A stretch of DNA of 62,870 nt, the filler included, from Asterionella formosa (taxonomy: Eukaryota): the NCBI GenBank assembly GCA_002256025.1. It is 12 parts of 12 records of this genome, joined end to end, with 100 filler letters (N's around TTAATTAATTAA, not from the genome) between each part and the next. Parts side by side here need not be neighbours in the genome. Positions count along the whole stretch, not along the records: positions 45,526 to 62,870 come from NKIB01004493.1; 11 more parts are not named here. The stretch is one strand, 5' to 3'. The position numbers and the translations under genes were made by a program. The notes below the pieces were generated by a model. It was not told the DNA's origin. It worked only from the letters and a program-made list of their open reading frames with translations, and did not search any database. This document shows, one piece after another, positions 48,679 to 60,084 of the stretch (positions within the stretch are counted from its first letter, which is position 1; every line of letters begins with the position of its first letter).

Positions 48679-50232
48679 ATGTCGAACTCATATGGATTTG
48701 ACTTTCTGAAGTCTCAGCATACCTTAGGAGGGATCGATGCACCGAAACCGGCTCTTTCCACTGCGTCATCTGTGGCTGTTCCAGTCGTGTCGGCCGCTGA
48801 TGTCTCCCACAAGCCCGCCCTCGAGAAGCAAGCAGATATTTTGAAGTTTCTCAAAGCTCATCGATCTGCTGGCTATTTGGGACCTTCCATTATTTATAAG
48901 GGCACTGGAATTGACTTGGAGGAAGCGGATGAGGCTGTGGCGAAGCTGCTGCAAACAAATGCAAAGATTTCCATCGAACATGTTCCTGATCCCGAGAATC
49001 CCAGCGTTATGGTGGCAAACTATGCCTACCAATCGAAGTATAACCACGTGCGAGATCGGGCTAGCTTGCTCGCTCAAATAAATCGATCAAAGTACGGATG
49101 CGATCGCAGAGACCTGATAGATTGCTATGACGGTGTTGACGAGCACATTCAGTCGTTGATTACAGCTGGTGATGTTATCGCCATTTCCAACAGCGAAGAT
49201 AAGACTGTTATTTTGTTTCCTCGGGGCGATTCATTTCTGATTGAGTTGGATGGTATTATTGTTGCACCAATGGATATAGCTAATCCGTCAGCAGCAAATA
49301 CAATCCTAAGTGATGACGAAATTGTCAAGGCCGCTATGGAACGAAATCGGTCGCGAGAGCACCAGAACATTGTGTGGGTAAATACAGACATTGATCCAAC
49401 GAAACAGGTGAGACGAGGAGAAGCTATCTGTGTGGGAGGACAGTGGTTTAGAGTCTCTAGTGCAGTGAAGGCCGGAGTCCCGCTTTTCGAACAGCCAGCT
49501 CGGGCTCAAGCCCCGCTGACTGTCACCGCCCTACAGGATTTGAGCAAACGAAATGAAGTCGATGGTTACATAAGACCTTTTACTAGCAAGATACTCCCCC
49601 TGGATGGTCCTCTTTCCTTGGAAGCCAAAAACAACCTGCAAAAGTCCAAAGAAGCGAGACAGCTTGTACAAAACCTAGCAGGTGGACGAGGTCATTCTGG
49701 AGGAGCAGCTCAATTGCTTTCCTCCTTGGCACATGCCACCAACCCTGCATCTCTGGCGGCGTCCTTTGCATCCGCGGTTGTCGGAGGAGGCCGCAAGCGA
49801 CCAACAGCTCACAAAGCATCTCACTCAGCAGCTTCTGTTGATCAAGCCCGAAAAGCAGCACAATCCGCACTAGAAGCAGCATCAGACCCCCATTTATCCC
49901 TCTATACACATGCACGTCGTCATGGCTGTACAAAAGATGTTCGTGATATGTATTTGAAGACTCGAGCTCTGGTACCCACAAATGAAATGGAATTGTACAA
50001 ATTACTCGTGGAACACAAACTCTTGGATGAAGGTGAAGCTTGGCGTCGAGATAAACTTAAGCGAAAGGCCAATGTGGACAATGATGGAAAACCCAAGAAG
50101 CGACGATACTATGTCCGAAAGAACCAAAAGTTGACGAATGGTTTCTTAACAGGAACTGCCATTGGAGCAATTTTGGCGGATGCTGCTGAGAAACAGAAGC
50201 AAGGAAAATCTGTTGGCGATGGTGGTATGTAG
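48679..50232 (+). CDS. TFA2: Transcription initiation factor IIE beta subunit-like protein (517 aa)
   Basis: Tandem winged-helix pattern ILKFLK...YAYQSKYNHVRDRASLLAQI...DLIDCYDGV...GDVIAI...ILFPR and a basic C-terminus KKRR...KLTN. Intact single ORF. Confidence 0.75.
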   Translation: MSNSYGFDFLKSQHTLGGIDAPKPALSTASSVAVPVVSAADVSHKPALEKQADILKFLKAHRSAGYLGPSIIYKGTGIDLEEADEAVAKLLQTNAKISIEHVPDPENPSVMVANYAYQSKYNHVRDRASLLAQINRSKYGCDRRDLIDCYDGVDEHIQSLITAGDVIAISNSEDKTVILFPRGDSFLIELDGIIVAPMDIANPSAANTILSDDEIVKAAMERNRSREHQNIVWVNTDIDPTKQVRRGEAICVGGQWFRVSSAVKAGVPLFEQPARAQAPLTVTALQDLSKRNEVDGYIRPFTSKILPLDGPLSLEAKNNLQKSKEARQLVQNLAGGRGHSGGAAQLLSSLAHATNPASLAASFASAVVGGGRKRPTAHKASHSAASVDQARKAAQSALEAASDPHLSLYTHARRHGCTKDVRDMYLKTRALVPTNEMELYKLLVEHKLLDEGEAWRRDKLKRKANVDNDGKPKKRRYYVRKNQKLTNGFLTGTAIGAILADAAEKQKQGKSVGDGGM

Positions 50233-51122
50233 TGCATTACATGCATGATGGTGGACTCTCGAAGCAATATCGACTAAGGTGTATGTTGCCCGTTAATATA
50301 AAATGAAAATAGGCTACATTCGTTGATGTGATCAGGACACATGCATGAACATCCTTGATAATGTCATCTGTTGTTGCCTGCTACTCACTAGCCATTCTTC
50401 TGTAGTGCAGCCCATCGCAAACCTACCAGCAAGTGAATTCCTATAGCTAATAGTCAATCTCCTAATGTGTCATTGCTTAGTATACCTATGACAAGGGAAT
50501 GAAGGGAGGAAATTAGCTAACAATGCATTGGTGTTTCATAAGAACGTACCTGCCAACAGGTGAAAGAATGAACTTCAGCACATCAAGCACCACTTTGCAA
50601 CCTACTCTCCTCCCAGGGAGTACGACTCACCCAAAAATTCCCTGTGTGCCAACACCAGAAGTCACCACATTTGTTGGGATGATCCTTGGAGGGTGCAGAT
50701 TTTTCGATGCCCTCGCTGGACATGCCAGGAAGAGCTACATGGGCAACCCTATTCACCTAGTGTAGTTGTAAGGCGCTATATGAATGAAGTTAATAATAGA
50801 ATGTACCTGCCAACACCAAATAGTCATCAGAGCAGCTCTGCCAAAATCAGCAGCCAACAGCATGCATGCTTGCAGACCTTGAAATGTGGTCAATCTCATT
50901 TGGTTCTGACACATGGCAGTTATGCAGTGTTTACTGCAGAGAGGTCCAGTAGTTTTGCTATTTGTGAGCTTTTTTGGATTCAGCTCGTCACCAGCTGGGC
51001 TTCAAACAACGGCCAAGCAATAGAAAGCATCACTAGGGGCATCCCAAGCAATGATTAAAGAAATGCTCATAAAACTTAAATTCAAATCCGGGCCTGCACA
51101 AAACGTTAGCTATGTTATTCAA

Positions 51123-51379
51123 CGTCTGTAGAACAAAATAGTTTTTGTTCAGAAATGCATGCTCGTTAGTTTATTAAGCTCAATCTCTTTGGCAGTAATA
51201 GCTGATATTACACGCATGGATACAGGTCAATACGCTGGTCAACGAAAATCAATAGCCCTAAACAACGCACAGGTATCGCTATTTAGCGTTATGCTCGCCT
51301 AAATATACTAATCAAACCGATGCACGCACCTATCGCCTGCATCGTCTCATGTAGAAAATGAATATTTCTTCTACAGAGG
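51123..51379. mobile_element. MITE with CGTCTGTAGAA-type TIRs (257 bp)
   Basis: Left end CGTCTGTAGAACAAAATA; right end reverse complement CCTCTGTAGAAGAAATA. Confidence 0.6.
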
Positions 51380-52215
51380 GCTTTCTTTTGAGGACGTGGA
51401 TCGAGGAGGCCGATTAAAAGAATTGGTTCAACTATACATGAATAGAGAGAGTGCTTTGGTAGTATTTATTAATCTCGCCGTTGTATGGATATCAAATCAA
51501 CAATTATTCTTGTAGTCACAACCACTTCAGTCTGTAGGCTGAAAGGGAGACTCTGTTCATGGAGGTTCTGTTTGGGAAATTTTGCCCAGCTAATGACGAG
51601 CCACGAGCTGCGAGCTGCAGCTTGAGTTTTTACCAGTCGGTTTCGCCAAGAATACATGTATGAAACCAGTCAAATTTGGGTAAGATTCTTAGATAAGTGA
51701 GTAGATGCATTTACCCCACAAATACATCAGACTGGAATCAAATCAATTACAGCATCAAATGATCCAACAGCAGCAGATCCAAATGTAGCACCAGCACCAG
51801 CACCAGCAAAACATTACTTTGATGTTTTGGTAATGCTGAATTTGCTTGGACAGGGATTGTCAACTCCCAGCTAATGCACGTCCAAATGACGCAATACAAG
51901 AAATGATGAATTCTATGCTAGCGTCTTTCCATCGAAAAGAAATTCCACCCCCAATACTGCAGCATCAACAGTATCCCCAAACGCAATAAGAATGCTGCAT
52001 CCAATGGTTGGAACATGAACAATGTGAAGAGGATTTTTAAGGTGATGGCAGTGAACAAAATAGGGTAGATAAGTTGAATGTTTATTTGTTTTGATCAAAT
52101 GTGCATATTGTATTTACATTCCTGCCTATGAATGGCATATAAACAAAGTAATTTTGTTTAGACCAAGTTCAGATAAGGGGGATGTCAGAACATGATGATT
52201 AAAAACAGGATAGTA

Positions 52216-52783
52216 GTTTTATAGCCCATTCGTTCTCCCCTATTTCTAGGCAAGTCTTTCATTGTGCTACCTGCCAACAAGCCCTGTGCTTCCCTAGTTT
52301 TGGTAGCATAGGTGAGCAAGTCCACAGCAAGAACCACCTTTTGCGAAAGGTGATCGTCTTAGCTGCAGCGTTAGGGGAAACTCTAACCGCCTAGGATGGT
52401 GGCACAACCTGTTTGTAGGGGGGCAACCCTCTATTTCTTGCACGCCGGGCATGACCGGGTGGGACGGTAAGGAGTGTGGGAGTCGAACCCAACAATTGCT
52501 TCTCAAAAAAATTGCGGGAATCGAACCACTCAACCTCAGATCAAAGGCAATGTGCTTAATCACTGCAAGAAATAGTGGGTTTCCTTCCTACAAGCAGCTT
52601 TTGCCACCTTCACACCAGGTGGTCGAAGTTTCCCCAACCATTGCGGCTAAGATGATCACCTTTCGTGAAAGGTGGTTGGGGACTCACTTACGTTAACAAA
52701 ACTCGGGAAGCACATGTCTTGTTGGCAGGAAGCACAATGAAAGACTTGCCTAGAAATAGGGGAGTATGAATGGGCTACAAAAC
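52216..52783. mobile_element. Foldback/MITE with ~225-bp TIRs
   Basis: 52216-52442 is the diverged reverse complement of 52564-52783 (for example, CTCCCCTATTTCTAGGCAAGTCTTTCATTGTGCT is exact). Spacer is ~120 nt. Confidence 0.85.
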
Positions 52784-52979
52784 ATATTACACTTTTTCGT
52801 AGCTATAGTTTGCTAGCTATACACGGTACCAGGTACTTCATACTAGGCAACCAGTATTACCGGTACAATGCCATATAATGATTGTGCTACATTCTACAGA
52901 CCAGTACTATATGCACCTCATGGAATTGTGGCTGCCATACATCAAACATGAGCATGATAGTTGCTAATACTGGTATTCA

Positions 52980-53441
52980 GGAGCAAAGTCAGTATATAGT
53001 AGTATTACTGCCGGCTTTATTTTGGGAAAGATAGTATACTTGTATACTGTATTCACTTGGTGAACAGTTAAGTATTTCGAACTGCTACCAAGGCAGTATT
53101 CTTATTCTCACTACCTAATGAACGCTTGCATGCGAATTTCTTTTTGGCCTACTATACAAAGGATGCAGCAGGCAATCATGGCAGCTATATATAAAGTAAT
53201 GTGATGCTTATATTTTTTCCTCTTTGGTGTTCCTAGTAGCCTACATACACACAAGCAGGGATTTTGCTCTCCAATTATTTACAAGACATGCCGGATTTTC
53301 TGTCAGATTCCTACATAGCAGTATACTGGTAAAATTTTAGAACAGTATGGAATTTGAAATATAGAATGACAGTATACTGGTATACTAATACCGGGTACTG
53401 CAGTATACTGCTGCTTTGTAGTAGAATCCATTCACCAACCT
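52980..53441. mobile_element. Non-autonomous deletion derivative of the hAT family at 2492-5105
   Basis: Joins homologues of 2505-2730 (GAACAGTTAAGTATTTC, CAAAGGATGCAGCAGGCAAT) to homologues of 4900-5105 (AGATTCCTACATAGCAGTATACTGG, TTCACCAACCT). Confidence 0.8.
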
Positions 53442-54629
53442 CTGCTCCGGCGTACTTTTTAATGCACATATGACGTGTTATTGTCTACCAGGTACCTTTA
53501 TGCATTGTTATGTAAATGAACCAGTGGACTACTTAGGCTAACACAAACCCGGCTTTTCAAATCCTCTATGGTGGGGAAAATCGTCCACATTTTTCCGTCC
53601 ATTTGAGGCTGGTTACCATAGACTGCTGGGAAGGGAATGACAGTGCCATGTAAGCACAAACATTGTGCAAGCACAGCAATTTCTGACACAAAGTAAAAAC
53701 ATGCATCAGAACACCATCAAGCATTATTGCTGGTTGTTGAATGGATCATCCCATTGTTTCTTGAATTGCTGCTGGGTCATTCAACCAAACAGGCAAGACT
53801 TCCTGACAGCAAACAAGCTCTCTGGCAGTACAGCATATGATAGCTCCAGGAGATCCTCAGTGCTCTCCTCAACACAATCGCGCATCCCTTGTACCACCAA
53901 CACACTGGTGCAGTGGCATAGAAATGTATGACTACCAGTAGTCTAGGCGGCAAGGGCCGTGTCTGACAACATGCTCGCAATGCGCATGACGTCATACATT
54001 CAAAAATTGTGCTGACCAGGCAGTGTACCCGGTAAATACTAATTTCTGCACGCTGTGGTGCGCGGTGCTCACGGGTATACCGGTAATCTATGTGGACGAC
54101 GACAAGACTGTGACGAAGTGTTATCAATCACCACAGCCACCGAAAAAATCCAGGAGTCGTACCGCTACTTTGTCTATTATTATCACGAGTACCTGGTACC
54201 TGGTACCAGGTACCGGTAGTACCGCATGCAGACATAGCTTCGGATACTGTCCTGTCAAATGCTCATGTACTGTATATATATATATGAGAATGTTACTCCT
54301 CCAAGATGCCACATAAAAATTTATAAGGAAGGAGCGTAACTGGTATATATCGTAGTCGAACCATAATTATGTAGCCGACATGTTACAATACTACATATGC
54401 TGGTGAGCGGGACAAAGATGACGTACTCAAGCCTGTGGCCAATATACTTCACATTCAAAGCAGTTCATACCGATCAATCGACACGCCTAGTCGCCACCAC
54501 CGGAGAAACGTTCTTTCTACTATTGGTTTCACAATCTCACAGCTCTCATTTCACAGCAAAACGGGAAATCTAGTGATAGTCGTTGCATAATAGTTCGCGC
54601 AGATAGACGATAAGCCAACTAGCCGAGCA

Positions 54630-56181
54630 ATGTCAAAGCGAAGATTGGCAATTTGTGTGTCCACATCCAAGCCGTCTACGACGCTTACACCCGGGGGAGG
54701 CGGGGGATCTGTCACAATTGTATGTCCTCATACAGGATCTATTTTATCCTCTTTACGGGCATCCGGCGAAAACTCGAGCAAATCGCTGTTGGGAATCTCT
54801 TCGTTGTCAGCTTTTCCAAGTGAGTTTGGACCGTTGCTGATGGCCTTCGGAGGGACCATGGACAAGAAAGATGATACCTACGGCATCTTGATGGCCCTCC
54901 GATCTGTGCCTACACCCCCAGTGCTACATTGGAAGTGTCGCCTCCCAGAAAATCAGGTTCCTGCTGGCTTGACTGTGTCGCCTTGTGGGCACTATACAGT
55001 AGCTGGTGCCACCTCCGGAAGCCTTTATTTGTGGTCGTCCATTCGTGGCTCGTTACTTAGGACCGTCAAAGCTCATTACAGGTCTGTCACGGCTTTATCG
55101 TGGAGTGACTGCGGTGCATATCTAGTCACTGGTGGAGCAGACGGTATGGTACATGCATTTTCGCTGATGGACTTGGTCGATAGAGGACTTTCGGACGATC
55201 AATCAATTTCTCCTGTTAGAACATGGTCAGCCCATCATTTGCCAGTCACTTGCCTTCATTCCATGCCCAGTAGTAGAATGATATCAGCTTCGGAAGATGG
55301 TCAAATAGTCCTTATGGAACTATTTTCAGAAATAACACTCATGACACTGCAGCTTGATCATGGAATTCAATCATTGACCTTTCACGACGGTCGCATATAC
55401 GCTGGATCCTTCCAAGGAATCATTTTCACGATCGATGTTGATGTATTTGCCATGCAGCAGACTGCCCAACTAGGCGTAACTATTAAACGCCGTCGAAAAG
55501 GAGAAACTTGCCTTGATCAAATCTACGTGAAGGAAAAGGGCGACGCCTATAAGTCGGAGCTCTGTGGACATGAAAAGGGGGTTACTGCCTTGGCCATTCT
55601 GGCCGAGGACACTTTTAATGTTTGGCTGGTGAGCGGTGACGAAAGTGGAACATTACGAGTGTGGGATTTAGCCACGAGAGGGTGTGTTCGTGTCATTCAA
55701 CCCTGGTCTCATTCCGTCCGAACCTCATCGTCCCTGGAGTCAGCGTCGCCTACCCAACATCCCATCACCGCTATACTTGTGGTTCCTCATGATCAAGATG
55801 ATCAGCTTGTAAGCTCGTTTTCAAATAGAAAGGATGTCAAGGAAGATGGGGTGTCCAACCTAGTGACACCCTTGCAACGCTTCAGTGATCAACAGTCGGG
55901 CAAATCAAATGGGTTCCCTGTTCCGTTTCTCGCATCGAAACAAGATTCAGAGACCCTGGCGTCGTGGGACTCCACCTCATGTTTTTTTTAACCAACTGTG
56001 CAAGCAGATTATGACAACGAAGATGAAAATGAGGAAATGGATTACAAGGATGTGCAAGGCAAACACATTGAACTTGCGATGCGAAAACAGCAAGTCAATC
56101 TCCAACTACTTCAGGAGGAGCTTTAACGAGGCAAAAGCTACCATTGCTGTGTGGAGAAAGGCAAGGTCATGGGCAAGTTAA
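54630..56181 (+). CDS. IPI3: WD40 pre-rRNA processing protein IPI3/WDR18-like; called ORF stops at 55991, with a probable coiled-coil tail to ~56181
   Basis: GSLYLW...GSLLRTVKAHYRSVTAL...LVTGGADG...WSAHHLPVT, GHEKGVTAL and LVSGDESGTLRVWD. Downstream, LQEEL-NEAKATIA is broken at T-runs. Confidence 0.8.
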
Positions 56182-56272
56182 GCAGTGCCAAGTAAATTAA
56201 TACCATATTTCGTGATACTGCAAAAGCTGAAACTATACATTTCATAAGTAAAGTACCGCAAGAAAAGGAAAA

Positions 56273-57184
56273 TCATAGTCCTTTCGAAACATCATCTCCC
56301 TTTTTGGATCCCCTAGGACGTCTCCAATACCGGATCTTGGACATGAGCAAGTCATGGGTCCATTTCAGATTCAATAGGCAAAAGCAGAAATGAAGTGGTT
56401 GGACGATCAAGAGTGGATTGAGTCGACTTCCACTCTTGGCGGAATGGTCGGTCCACATGAGCCAAAAGGCGTACATCAAATACGGGTAGAGAATGACCCG
56501 AATCGAGATCCAAGTGATGTAGAACAAGATTGAAATGAGTTTGATACGAATACTTAGACCAGTGGGCAAACCAATAACCCAAGGAGGAAAGCCTTGCTTG
56601 TTAAAAACTCTTCGTGCAATCAAGAACCACGTGTTGATTTCGACAGACATGCAAGCCCCCATGCACCATTGTAAGTCCGGGTTGAAGTAAGGAATCAAGA
56701 TGTACAGAATAGTTGCAATATGATGTTGAATAATCGTCATGGGAGACTTGACACAGGACGGCTTGATAAACATCCATGTGAGATCTACCAAGAAATAAAG
56801 GAACGTTACCTGCCAGAACTCCATAAACCAGTCTCCATTCCATGCATCTGCCATCGTCTTTCCCTTGGGCTTGTTAAAAATCATTTCCCAGTTCCAATTC
56901 ATCATGTTCAATACAACAACTGGAACTAGCACGATCAGGTTAAAGAAGTCATGAACATCTCGAGGCCAGTCCACTTCATATGAAGGGAGGCCAGGCAACA
57001 CCTGCTTCTTGTCGGCATCGACCCTGAAATGCTCGGCGAGAAGACGCCCCCTAGCAGTCATGGGTGGAGCCGAAGATGCTCTCCGACGAAGCCTCTGCCT
57101 GAGGGAATACGACTCGGTTGGTGGCATCGCTTTCTGGCCTGCGTTCATTTGTCCTTGCTTGTCCATTCCGTTTCTAGGCGGCAT
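56273..57184 (-). CDS. TLC (TRAM/LAG1/CLN8) domain membrane protein
   Basis: YFLVD, IIQHHI, EINTWFL, FYITWISIR and LNLKW motifs with several hydrophobic helices. First ATG at 57184. Confidence 0.85.
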   Translation of the reverse strand: MPPRNGMDKQGQMNAGQKAMPPTESYSLRQRLRRRASSAPPMTARGRLLAEHFRVDADKKQVLPGLPSYEVDWPRDVHDFFNLIVLVPVVVLNMMNWNWEMIFNKPKGKTMADAWNGDWFMEFWQVTFLYFLVDLTWMFIKPSCVKSPMTIIQHHIATILYILIPYFNPDLQWCMGACMSVEINTWFLIARRVFNKQGFPPWVIGLPTGLSIRIKLISILFYITWISIRVILYPYLMYAFWLMWTDHSAKSGSRLNPLLIVQPLHFCFCLLNLKWTHDLLMSKIRYWRRPRGSKKGDDVSKGL

Positions 57185-57899
57185 TATCGCGCAAGAAATC
57201 AGCCACCAACACAGCGTTAAAATTGTTGCCGGAGTCGAGTTTCTATCGATCTCAGGTCCGAATGTCAGCAATCAACTCAGTCGTGGCCCTGCTAGAAGCA
57301 CAATAGTGAGTTTGGAAAACGTTAATATAAAGACACGACTCTTATTTTGGTGACCACAAATACCATCAGACTTTGCGAGTCCAAATCGTTTGAAAGTGTT
57401 AGTTAATAAGAAATGACGAGGGACAAGGGTCAGCAAATCATGTATCTTGAGTACCAGGTACTCCGGAAAGAGCAATGCTGTGGTTGGTTGAACTGTCAAC
57501 GACTGCTAGCGACCCGGAGGTAGGAATCTTAGTGCTTTACCACAAGATATGCACATACATACAACATCATATTACCAAAAAGGATTCATTATATGATTTC
57601 GACACTGAGGCAAGAGCACCAGTAGTATTATACCAAAAACTGTTGTGAAGAGGCTAGAAGAAAAGGATCAACAGTGTCAATGAACAAGGAGAGGATGGAT
57701 GATGTGAGTCAATTGACTGACCTAACAAGCTCAAAAGAAGGTTGGAAGGTGGGTTTGTTCAAAGAATGATTAGAATACCGTAAAACCTTGTGTCTCGCAT
57801 CCCCCAGATACCTGTACCCCCTTTGTACATCTGGAGCAAAACTCCAAAATATTTCATGTGTACAGAAAAATAAAAGAACATACACATATTCTATTTATT

Positions 57900-58061
57900 G
57901 ATATTGCTAAATTTGATAATAAAATTATGATCCATTTCAATCTATTTTGAACAATGCTTTTGATTAGAGTTATGATCATGTTTAAGATAGATATATGATG
58001 AAACAATTCACATGAAAGGATAGAATTTAGCTATTTTTAGGATTTTGTGTTCCTACAGACC
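57900..58061 (-). repeat. Fragment related to the CGTCTG family
   Basis: The reverse complement starts GGTCTGTAGGAAC and matches 20240-20360 (TTGTTCAAAATAGATTGAAATGGAT). Confidence 0.6.
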
Positions 58062-58192
58062 TTTGCTATTGTAGCATCCTTTGTACAATGGCGTCCACAT
58101 GGAACTTATTTTCCATATAAAACACAGTCCACTGAATATCTCCGCTGGTACCTCATCGTCTCCATCTACAAGCTGCAATACATTTGGATTTG

Positions 58193-58432
58193 CTGCCAAT
58201 TCTCTTGCAGCTGTTGAAATTGATTTTCAATGTCATCAAAAATTGGATTGATTTCACCTCCATCCCCATGGGAATTGATACGATCTTGTTTTTGAAAGTC
58301 GGGAATAAGTTGGACTTGCTGCCAATTGCTCTCACCTTTGCTGAAATTGATTTTTGATTTCATTGATTTCACCTCCATCTCTATGGGGATTGATAAGAAC
58401 TTGTCGTTGAAAAGCGGGAATAGGTTGGGCTC
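58193..58432. repeat. Tandem duplication (~120-bp units)
   Basis: CTGCCAATT...GAAATTGATTTT...ATTGATTTCACCTCCATC...CGGGAATA occurs twice. Confidence 0.8.
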
Positions 58433-59189
58433 AGTCCATACTAGCATGGGCAAACAAACGATGCAAGTTCCTCTGACTGTCTTCGTTTTGGAGTGAAAAG
58501 TCGCTCTTGGAGGGCAATACCTCCTTGTGAAAGTTCTGTTGGCCTGATTCAAGGATCAAAGGCTTGCTTTTCGTGAAAAAATCTAAAATTTTCTATGTCT
58601 CTGTCTCATGTTTTAAGTTCATTCATGGCATCATCCTTGTCATTAGGAGATGAGAGGTAAACCAACATGCTGGTCAGTGACTGACACTACCGGTAGTGAA
58701 ATTATGGAACTCATGTGGACCATGAACAAGAGGCAGCATAACACGCAAGTGGATGCATCTCTATGAAACTATAACTGTTATAAATTAAAGCTAAATTTAT
58801 ATAAAATGTCAGATAACTTATCTAAAATATCTTGATTATCAGAGTGCCACGACATTATTATGTATCAAATCGCCAAAATAATTTGTGTTATAGTAGTACA
58901 CACATGATGTAATAATTTTTTAATATCAGAGTGTGCCCAGTGTAGTTGCATTTAGAAAAAACTGTGTGCCCCTCATCTAACCTGGTAAGCACACCGGGGT
59001 GCTTACCAGGTTTACCGAATTTGGTCAACACAAACACAAATTTTGGGGTTATGGGTACAATGATTTGTGTTATAATACACATGACATAATAACTTTTTAT
59101 ATCAGAGCGCGTCCACTGAAGCAAAGGGAGTATAATTTGTACCATCGACCCAATATCAATTTAGTGGTATATAGTTGTCATGTACTCTA

Positions 59190-59984
59190 CCAGGGTCCAG
59201 TAACAGTTGCATCGATAATTTGCCATTTTGACTTCTACGATTTTCTCCGGCTCAATTGCCCTATTGTGCGGCTTGCTCTAAGCTACACAATCATGTATAC
59301 ATCATATATAGAAAGATTAAAATTGGCAACTACCTTTCAAAAAGAGGTTTTTGGGCATTTTTGATTTTCACTTATGGCTATCTCGAGCGAAATTCAGATG
59401 CATGAGGACCCATTTTTCTTCAAACCATCTACTCTCAACATAGGAACAAAGTACAATATAACAGTAGAACAACGGCAACTTGCGTTCAATTATGGAATGC
59501 GAAACCCTGAAAGTGGTGATGATAGGAAGTAAGAAAACAACGGTATGCTCGTTTTGAGGATTGTAATCATTAAACATCTGGTGGTATGGTCCATGAAGGT
59601 GCAACAATTGTAGAAAGTATACTGAATGACAATTATTCTATTCATGCTATAATTCTGATAGTGGCTTGCTGCATTTTTGGTTTCCTGCAATTGTTTGACT
59701 GGCCGGCCGATGTGAAACAGCAGTTGGCGAAATGTACATATATGCAATGAAATTGCTTATTTTAAATTGGTTTCGATTAATTTATTTATTTGCTAATAAT
59801 TTAATTACAGAAACTGAGGATATGTTCACGTCTATGTAACTCATAAATAATGCATTTTTTGGAGTAAGCCAACCCTCACATCGAAATTTGGTATGTTGGC
59901 TACATAATCCTTCATATGCCAACAGTAAAGACACTGGTGGTGCCGGCGAATCGATCCCAAATGTTACTGGACAGAGGGACCTGG
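59190..59984. mobile_element. Possible non-autonomous Tc1/mariner-like element
   Basis: Left end TA|CCAGGGTCCAGTAACAGTTGCATCGAT; right end reverse complement TA|CCAGGTCC..GTCCAGTAACATTTGGGATCGAT. Confidence 0.5.
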
Positions 59985-60084
59985 TACCATAAGTACCGGT
60001 AGTTCTTTGAGCTACATAATAATATTTACTTTCTCTATAGCAATGCTTATTAAATCTTGTTTGGGCCTTTGTTGAGGAATTATT

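Noticed and set aside
57185..57271. N-terminal extension of the TLC ORF from a TTG start
   Set aside because: Non-ATG start in a eukaryotic gene. The ATG at 57184 is preferred.
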